Positions 57,803 through 64,000 of a stretch of DNA of 64,000 bases are shown here, one piece after another. Positions within the stretch are counted from its first letter, which is position 1; the number at the start of each line of letters is the position of its first letter. The stretch is from Myxococcota bacterium (lineage in GTDB: Bacteria > Myxococcota_A > UBA9160 > UBA4427), in NCBI GenBank assembly GCA_965250285.1, contig OZ252299.1:5728001-5792000 (forward strand), given 5' to 3'. The notes under the pieces were generated by a model, which ran no database searches, was not told the DNA's origin, and saw nothing but the letters and a program-made list of their open reading frames with translations. A program made the position numbers and the translations under genes.

Positions 57803-60800
57803 TCAGAGCCCGTCGACCTCGAAGTACAGGGCATTCGTCGCGCCGAGCGCCATGACGCCGCTCTCGCCGACGTTGCCGTCCATCAGGTCGGCGAGGGTCG
57901 TGTTGCTGCCGCTGTCGAGGTTGGCAGGATAGACCGGGAACAGTGGCGGGCAGACGCCGTCGCTCGCCTTCACCACGGCGACGAACCAGGTGTCTTCGGT
58001 CAGGGCCGGGAAGGGCACCGTGACTGTGGCTTCGAGCCGCTGCGCGCCGGCGACCGCGGGCGCGACGTCGACGATCGTCACGTCGAAGTCGCCATCGCCG
58101 GTGGTCGTGGGGTCGCAGTCGCCTTCGCTCAGGATCTGGGTCGGGATCGCGCCGTACGCGTAGGGTGCCTCGGGGTCGACGACGCTCGTCGCTGCATTCG
58201 CGTAGATCTCGATGGTGTCGAAGGCCGACCAGACGGGCGCCTGGACGCGCACCGCGAGATCGACGGCACTGCCCGAGTTCGAAAGGGTCGTCGTGCCGTC
58301 GTGGGTGAGGCTGGCCTCGGTGGTGCTGCCATCCTGAGCGATCAGCCGTGTGGTCACGAAGACGCCCTGGCCGCCGGTGGCCTTGCCGGCATCGACCATG
58401 CGCGCGACCTCTCCATCATCGACGCTACCGGCGGCGTCACTGCCGGGCGCGGCCGCGGTCCAGGTGCGTGCGCCGGCTTGTCGCAGGGTTTCGTGACGGT
58501 GCGTGTCGGTGTCGGCGATGAACGTCGTGCGCAGGCCCTGGTTCAGCAGGTTGAACCAGATGCCGATCCGGTCGTCGAGAAACGCGCTCTGGGCGCCTCG
58601 GGTGTGTCCGTTCCAGAGCTCGAGGGCCGGGAAGGGGTAGAAGAGATTCTCGCTCGGCGGGGCGCCGAGGCGGCGCTCGGAGCGGCCCGTGGCATCGAGA
58701 TCGTCGCGCGGCGGCTCGAGCGTCGTGTCGATCCGCAGCGGGCCGAAATGACTGCCGATGTGGTTGATCTGGACGGTGGTGTCGGGCGTCGCCGTCGAGT
58801 TGTTGCGAGCGAGGTTGAAGATCTCGGCGGGGGTTGCGTTGAACGCGCCGGACGTGGGGAAGTCCTGACCGGGTTCGGCCGCGACGGCCCAGTCGGTCGA
58901 GCCGCCAGACGGCACCGAAGCGTCGACCGTGAACGGGTACGCGTTGAAGTGCCCGTAGTCGAAGGTGGTGATCTCTTCTCCGACGGTCGAGCTGACCCAG
59001 TCACCCAGCCCCTCGGCCTTGATCGTCGGGTCGAGGTCGGTGTGGACGTGGTGGTCGGTCATGATGATGTTGTCGACCCCCTCACCGGCGTAGCCCTCGA
59101 CGCGCTTCACGTGGCTCACGCGCGAGTCGGCCGAGTTGATGCCGTGGATGTGGAAGTCGCTGCTCACGAAGCCCGCGGTATCGAGTACGAGCGCCAGCTG
59201 TGCGTCGACCGTGGCTTCGGCACCCGCGACGATCGTGATCGACTCTTCGTAGATCGAATACTCGGTCCCGCGGCTCACCACGACCCAGTAGCTGCCGGGC
59301 TCGAGGTCGATCGACACCTCGCCGTCTGCGCCGGTATAGACGGCGTCGACGATGCCAAACGGGTGCGCGTCGTCGGGGTCGAGGAAGAGGCCGAGCTCAC
59401 TGCTGCCGAAGCCCGGCAGGCTGGGGCCGGCCAGCACGATCGGCGGGCTCGGGTCGAAACCGACGACGCTGACCCGCGTGGGCAGGGGCACGCCATCCGC
59501 GTTGCGCGACGTGACGGTGAGCGCACCGGTCTCGGGCAGGTCGAAGTCGAGCTGGGTCGATTGGCCCGTCGACAGGTTGAACCGCGTCACGTTCGGCACC
59601 ACGCCGCCGCCCTGGTAGAGGGTGCCCTCGCGCGCCGCGACCGCGCCGAGCGGTGTGGGCGATGCGGGGGTCGCGACGCTGCCGTCGTAGCAGCCCGCCT
59701 CGTCGGTCACGAACGAGGTCGACAGAGCGGTGATCGCGTCCGTGCCATCGAACGTCCCGATCGTGACGACGGCGCCCGGTGCCGGCACCCCGGCGACGGT
59801 GACGCAGCCCGAGACCCGCCCGACCGGCGTGCCCTTCACGGCGTGCACGAGATCGACGGCGTTCGAGCCCGATCCGTCTCCGACCCCGAAGAACCGCTCG
59901 ATGGTGTAGGTGCCGCCGGGCGCGACGTCGACACCGCCCATTCCGGTCAGGAGCGCCTCCAGCACGTTCGTCTCGTGCAGGATCACCGTCACGCCGCTGA
60001 TGACGACGTAGCTCCCCGGGTTCGTGGGTGTCGACGTGTACGCATAGTCGACACCCCGGGCCTCGTCGAAACCAAAGAAGCCGAGAACGCCAAGCTCGTT
60101 GAAGAGCGCGGGGCCGACGCCGGCGTTGGGCACACCCAGGGTGTCGAGCTCGCCGGCCGAGTTCATCCAGTCGCCAGACAGCAGGGTGATCTCTTCGGTG
60201 CCCGTGTTCGTGAACGTCGTCGTCATCGCGACGTGGGTGTCGTCGACGGAGAGCGCATAGTCGGTGCATCCCTCGACCGTTTGATCGTTGTCATTGAGAT
60301 TCGCGGGAAAGTCGAGGCCGGGGATGTCGTTGACCTGGCTCGAGGGGTTCACGAAGTCGAGCAGGTCGTCTGGGCCGCAGGCGCGCACGACGGCGGGCTG
60401 TCCGTCGCTGCCGTCGTTCACGATGAAGACGTCCTGCGCGTTCACGACCGTCTCGACGTTGACCATGTTCTGGACTTCGAGGAAGTTGTCGAGCCCGGGG
60501 CGGTCGATCAGCTCGGCATCGATCAGGTTGCCCCCGTATTGGCCCACGCTGTAGAGGTCGCGCTGCCCGCCCGCCTGGACGACGAAGCGCGCAACGCAGC
60601 CCTCGAGCATGAAGTCGCCGGGACGATTGTGCGCCAGCGGGCCCTCGATGAGCCGTGTACTCGAGCCGATCACGTACGCCTTCGCGTTGCGGTTCCACGT
60701 GAAGGACGTGTTGGCGATGCGCACGTCGCCGTCGCTCCGCCGCATGCCCCAGACGCGCAGCACCCGCTCGCCGACCCGTGCGAACTCTGGACCGAGGGTG

Positions 60801-61066
60801 AAGGTGAACTCACCGGGCGAGACCTCTTCGAGCTCGACGTCGATCTCGACACCGTCGAGAAAGACCAGAGGCCCCTGGAAGAGCTCGTCGACGAACTCGA
60901 ATCGCACCTCGACGCCCTCGCACGAGTCGATGACGGCCCCAAGCTCGGGCGTGAGGATCGCCGCGTCGGGCGGCGGCGCGTCGTCTTTGCAGCCGCTCGC
61001 GAACGCGGCAGCGGCGAGCAGACAGGCGAGCAGCAGGGAGACGCACTTCGGGCGTCCAGGTCGCAT
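57803..61066 (-). CDS. large lipoprotein PHP-domain metallohydrolase (CehA/McbA family)
   Basis: Lipobox ASGC; 'DFHIH', 'TDHH', 'GEEITT..GHFN', 'INH', 'DTDTH'; carboxypeptidase-regulatory-like beta domains. Confidence 0.88.
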   Translation of the reverse strand: MRPGRPKCVSLLLACLLAAAAFASGCKDDAPPPDAAILTPELGAVIDSCEGVEVRFEFVDELFQGPLVFLDGVEIDVELEEVSPGEFTFTLGPEFARVGERVLRVWGMRRSDGDVRIANTSFTWNRNAKAYVIGSSTRLIEGPLAHNRPGDFMLEGCVARFVVQAGGQRDLYSVGQYGGNLIDAELIDRPGLDNFLEVQNMVNVETVVNAQDVFIVNDGSDGQPAVVRACGPDDLLDFVNPSSQVNDIPGLDFPANLNDNDQTVEGCTDYALSVDDTHVAMTTTFTNTGTEEITLLSGDWMNSAGELDTLGVPNAGVGPALFNELGVLGFFGFDEARGVDYAYTSTPTNPGSYVVISGVTVILHETNVLEALLTGMGGVDVAPGGTYTIERFFGVGDGSGSNAVDLVHAVKGTPVGRVSGCVTVAGVPAPGAVVTIGTFDGTDAITALSTSFVTDEAGCYDGSVATPASPTPLGAVAAREGTLYQGGGVVPNVTRFNLSTGQSTQLDFDLPETGALTVTSRNADGVPLPTRVSVVGFDPSPPIVLAGPSLPGFGSSELGLFLDPDDAHPFGIVDAVYTGADGEVSIDLEPGSYWVVVSRGTEYSIYEESITIVAGAEATVDAQLALVLDTAGFVSSDFHIHGINSADSRVSHVKRVEGYAGEGVDNIIMTDHHVHTDLDPTIKAEGLGDWVSSTVGEEITTFDYGHFNAYPFTVDASVPSGGSTDWAVAAEPGQDFPTSGAFNATPAEIFNLARNNSTATPDTTVQINHIGSHFGPLRIDTTLEPPRDDLDATGRSERRLGAPPSENLFYPFPALELWNGHTRGAQSAFLDDRIGIWFNLLNQGLRTTFIADTDTHRHETLRQAGARTWTAAAPGSDAAGSVDDGEVARMVDAGKATGGQGVFVTTRLIAQDGSTTEASLTHDGTTTLSNSGSAVDLAVRVQAPVWSAFDTIEIYANAATSVVDPEAPYAYGAIPTQILSEGDCDPTTTGDGDFDVTIVDVAPAVAGAQRLEATVTVPFPALTEDTWFVAVVKASDGVCPPLFPVYPANLDSGSNTTLADLMDGNVGESGVMALGATNALYFEVDGL

Positions 61067-61234
61067 GGCGATCCCCCGGGCAGCGACGCAGATCGGCTGC
61101 CCCGTCGTGCGGTGTGAGTGCGACGCGCGGCCTGGCGGCCGTCCCAGCGCGTCGCACGACCTCAGTCTACGTGGTCTGGTCGAGCGCGATCAAGGCGCCG
61201 TGGCATCGGTCCGCGCGAGAAGCGCCGCTGGGCT

Positions 61235-62425
61235 TCAGAAGTCGTCGACCATGGCGGGCGCGGCGCTCGCGAAGAGCGTCTCGAGGAGCGCCCAGTCCCG
61301 CGTGGGCTCGCCGCCGGTCAGTCGGCCGGCCCGGGCCAGCGCGGCGCACGTCGTATGGCCGCTGTACAGCGACGAGAGGGCGCCCACGTCGAGCTCGATC
61401 GGGGTCTCGGCCGCCTCGCGTGCGACGCGCGCTTCGCCCCCTTCGAGGGTCACGACGAAGTCGTCTTCGTTGTCCCCGACCATCTCGTCGCGCACGCGCA
61501 GCGCGACCTGGCCGCCGAGACCCGGTGGGGCGCCGCGCGCCTCGAGCGCCGCGCCGACATCGAGCAGACGCAGCATCCAACGCATGTGGATGAAGATCGA
61601 GGCCTTCAGCTCGGGCACCAACCAGGCCACCGGCTCGTCGGGCCAGCCGCGAAACCGCGCATCCCGAGCGACCGATGACGACGAGGCCATCACCCAGAGC
61701 AGGGCCGCGAGCGAAGCGGCGTCACTGGCGAAGAGCTCGCGCACGTCGAGATCGTAGTCTTCGGTGCCGAGCGCGATCGGCGCGTGGCGATAGAACAGGG
61801 CCCCGTCGACGTCGCCCCGTGCGTCGAGCGAGACGTAGGCGAAGAGGTCGTCGAAGCGGCGCCGATAGATCGGGACGGCCCAGTCGCCTCGGTCGATCGC
61901 GCCGGGGTGATCGGACATGAGCCGCACCCGCAGCGCCTCGATGGCCTCGAGGTCGTCGGTCGTGGCGCGTCGAATTCGGCCCGGTTCGGGGCGCCGGACG
62001 TCGCGCAGGCGGGCGACGGGCACCGAGTAGAGCGTCCACTGGCCGGCGAACTCGTAGCCGAGCGAGCGGTAGAGCGCGGGCGTTGCGGGATAGAGCACCG
62101 AGATCGGGAGCGCCTCGGCGCGCATGCGCTCAATCAGAAAGGCCATGATGCGCGACGCGAGGCCGCGGCCGCGCGCCTCGGGTGCGACGACGACGCTCGA
62201 CACGCCGCCCATCGGCACGCGCCGGCGATTGAAGAACTGACCGAAGCGGTGAAACTCGCAGATCGCGAGCAGCGTGTCGCCGTCAAACGCGCCGACGAAG
62301 CGATCGGCGCCGTCGGGGTCGCGCGCCGTTTCGTGCTGCTTCGGGTCGACGTTGAAGATCTGCTGGTCGAGCTGCCAGGCGGCCGGCAGGTCGTCGGGTG
62401 TGAGCGTACGGATCGTCTCCAACAC
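61235..62425 (-). CDS. Eis-like GNAT acetyltransferase with SCP2-like C-terminus
   Basis: 'VVVAPEARGRGLA', 'LYP...LYRSLGYE', 'MLRLLDV..AL..RG', ends 'DDF'. Confidence 0.92.
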   Translation of the reverse strand: MLETIRTLTPDDLPAAWQLDQQIFNVDPKQHETARDPDGADRFVGAFDGDTLLAICEFHRFGQFFNRRRVPMGGVSSVVVAPEARGRGLASRIMAFLIERMRAEALPISVLYPATPALYRSLGYEFAGQWTLYSVPVARLRDVRRPEPGRIRRATTDDLEAIEALRVRLMSDHPGAIDRGDWAVPIYRRRFDDLFAYVSLDARGDVDGALFYRHAPIALGTEDYDLDVRELFASDAASLAALLWVMASSSSVARDARFRGWPDEPVAWLVPELKASIFIHMRWMLRLLDVGAALEARGAPPGLGGQVALRVRDEMVGDNEDDFVVTLEGGEARVAREAAETPIELDVGALSSLYSGHTTCAALARAGRLTGGEPTRDWALLETLFASAAPAMVDDF

Positions 62426-62563
62426 GAGCCTCCTGCGGAACGCTCTCGGGCGTCTTCCCGGGCGAGGTCGGGATGGAACGTCGGCTGCCGTGTGCTGTCA
62501 ATCGCGCCGTCGCAGAACGGGGTCGGCGCGCGCGGCAACGCGCGCCGACCCCTCGACCTTCTG

Positions 62564-63733
62564 TCAGAAGGCGTACTGCACACCCGTCGTCAGCTGCCAG
62601 CTCTGGCCGAGCTGGGGGCCGTCGAGGCTCTGGTAGGCCGGCAGGCCGCCTTCGAGGGCGATGCGCAGGCCCTCCAACACCTCGAACCGATCGCCGAGGG
62701 CGCTCGGCGTGAAGTCGAGGCCGAAGAGCGCATCGAGCCGCTTGCCCGCCCGCAGATTGGGATCGGCGGTCGGGATCATCATCGGGTTGAGGGCCGGGTC
62801 GGCGCCCTCGATGTTGAAGTTCTGGTTCCACGCGAGCCGAAAGCTCGCGCTCACCGGCTTGGTGAACGCCCAGGTGCCCCAGCCGGTCACCTGGTACTGG
62901 TGGCCGAGGCGATAGTCGCGATCGTTCTCGCCGAGTCGAATCACGCCCGTCGCCTGTCCGCCCCACGACCAGGGGCCGCGGTGTCCGGTGTACGTCGAGC
63001 CGACGATCAGGTCGAACGTGCCCGAGCCGATCTGCATCGGGTAGGGCAGCTGCGTGTCCGGGCCGGCGGGGGTCGTGTCGGTCTCATCGATCGAGCCCGT
63101 GGGCGAGCTGAAGCCGAGCTGCAGGTGCACGCCTTGATGCTCCGTATTCCACAGCTGGTAGAGCAGCGAGAGCTTCAGGTCGCCGACGCCCTTCGTGTCG
63201 GTCGTGAATCGCGTGTCGGCGGCGGTGACGTGATCCATCGACTTCGTGATGAACGGGATCATCGCCATCAGGGTGAGCCGGTCGAGGGGGGCGTACATGA
63301 TGCCGAACATGTGCATGTCCATCGTCATGTCTTCGGGCGCGACCATGTAGGGGCCGTCGGGCAGCCGGATGTCGTCGACCGACACCTTGTCGGTCCCCTC
63401 GTAGTTGTCGTTCATCGCCATGTGCATGTAGCGGTACGAGACCATCCACTCGCCCTTGGCATGGACGTGATCGCCCATGACCCCGATCGGAGCATGGCCG
63501 GCCTGGTGATCGCCGTGTCCGCCCTCTCCGTGATGAGACCCGTGTTCGGAGTGATCGTGGGCTTTGGCCTCGGTGCCGGCCGTCGCCGTCGATTCGGGTG
63601 GACCGTGTTGCGAGTGGTCGTGATGCGGGTCGGCTGCATGTGCAGACAGACCGATGAGGGCGGCCGCCAGGGCCGCGAGCAGAGCGAAGCCTGCGCGCAC
63701 ACCGATCGGTGTGCGGTCGTTTTGCGTGCTCAA
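62564..63733 (-). CDS. His/Met-rich outer-membrane beta-barrel 'transporter' (MetA-pathway/phenol-degradation-like family)
   Basis: TTG start after GGAGA; signal peptide; His-rich N-terminus; 'HAPIGVMGDH', 'GVGDL', 'PTGSI', 'YPMQIGSG'; ends 'GVQYAF'. Confidence 0.85.
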   Translation of the reverse strand: MSTQNDRTPIGVRAGFALLAALAAALIGLSAHAADPHHDHSQHGPPESTATAGTEAKAHDHSEHGSHHGEGGHGDHQAGHAPIGVMGDHVHAKGEWMVSYRYMHMAMNDNYEGTDKVSVDDIRLPDGPYMVAPEDMTMDMHMFGIMYAPLDRLTLMAMIPFITKSMDHVTAADTRFTTDTKGVGDLKLSLLYQLWNTEHQGVHLQLGFSSPTGSIDETDTTPAGPDTQLPYPMQIGSGTFDLIVGSTYTGHRGPWSWGGQATGVIRLGENDRDYRLGHQYQVTGWGTWAFTKPVSASFRLAWNQNFNIEGADPALNPMMIPTADPNLRAGKRLDALFGLDFTPSALGDRFEVLEGLRIALEGGLPAYQSLDGPQLGQSWQLTTGVQYAF

Positions 63734-63877
63734 GGTGTTCTCCAGGCGCGCGTGGTCGACACTGCGAGCCGATCGCACGCGCGACGCCGTCGTTCGAGAT
63801 AGGCACACGCGGCGAGACCGCCGCGTGCACGAGCAGACGCTCACCGCGGCGCTCGGCCGGGCGTGCAGCGTCGTTTC

Positions 63878-64000
63878 TCAGGCGAACGAGGCCTGTCTGG
63901 GAACGGGGTCGATCGGGTTCGGCTCACCCCGCGGCGCTTCGCCGACCCGGGCGAAGAAGGGGACGAGCGGCGGCACTTCGGCCGCCTCGAGCGTGCTCGC
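63878..64000 (-). CDS. 3' end of a truncated ORF with Pro-rich C-terminus
   Basis: Open frame to the window edge: ASTLEAAEVPPLVPFFARVGEAPRGEPNPIDPVPRQASFA*. Confidence 0.5.
   Translation of the reverse strand, partial: ASTLEAAEVPPLVPFFARVGEAPRGEPNPIDPVPRQASFA

Overview
A very GC-rich, gene-dense bacterial chromosomal segment with about 50 CDS. PEP-CTERM proteins, a PilY1 cluster, F420-type LLM, many SDRs, a Rieske oxygenase and a sulfotransferase suggest a Myxococcota/deltaproteobacteria-like lipid/steroid/aromatic degrader (inference only). I found no rRNA, tRNA, CRISPR, transposase or integrase. Main modules: Kef-type antiporter; hypothetical-MoxR-vWA operon; lipid/steroid-type oxidoreductases; Lrp + fused indolepyruvate:ferredoxin oxidoreductase facing a TRAP transporter; fimT-pilV-pilW-pilX-pilY1 behind a sigma54-type promoter; RND pair; SDR-Rieske-sulfotransferase cluster; His/Met-rich outer-membrane protein. 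Two signals are not captured by the ORF track. (1) A cryptic selenoprotein: two ORFs are one AhpD-like gene (11262-12485) joined by an in-frame TGA in a C-F-Y-U motif, followed by a bacterial SECIS-like hairpin. (2) A 4 x 135 bp intergenic array whose unit folds into a three-way junction with 8-nt complementary (kissing) loops. There is also a 4 x 35 bp array and two tandem duplications of gene 3' ends.
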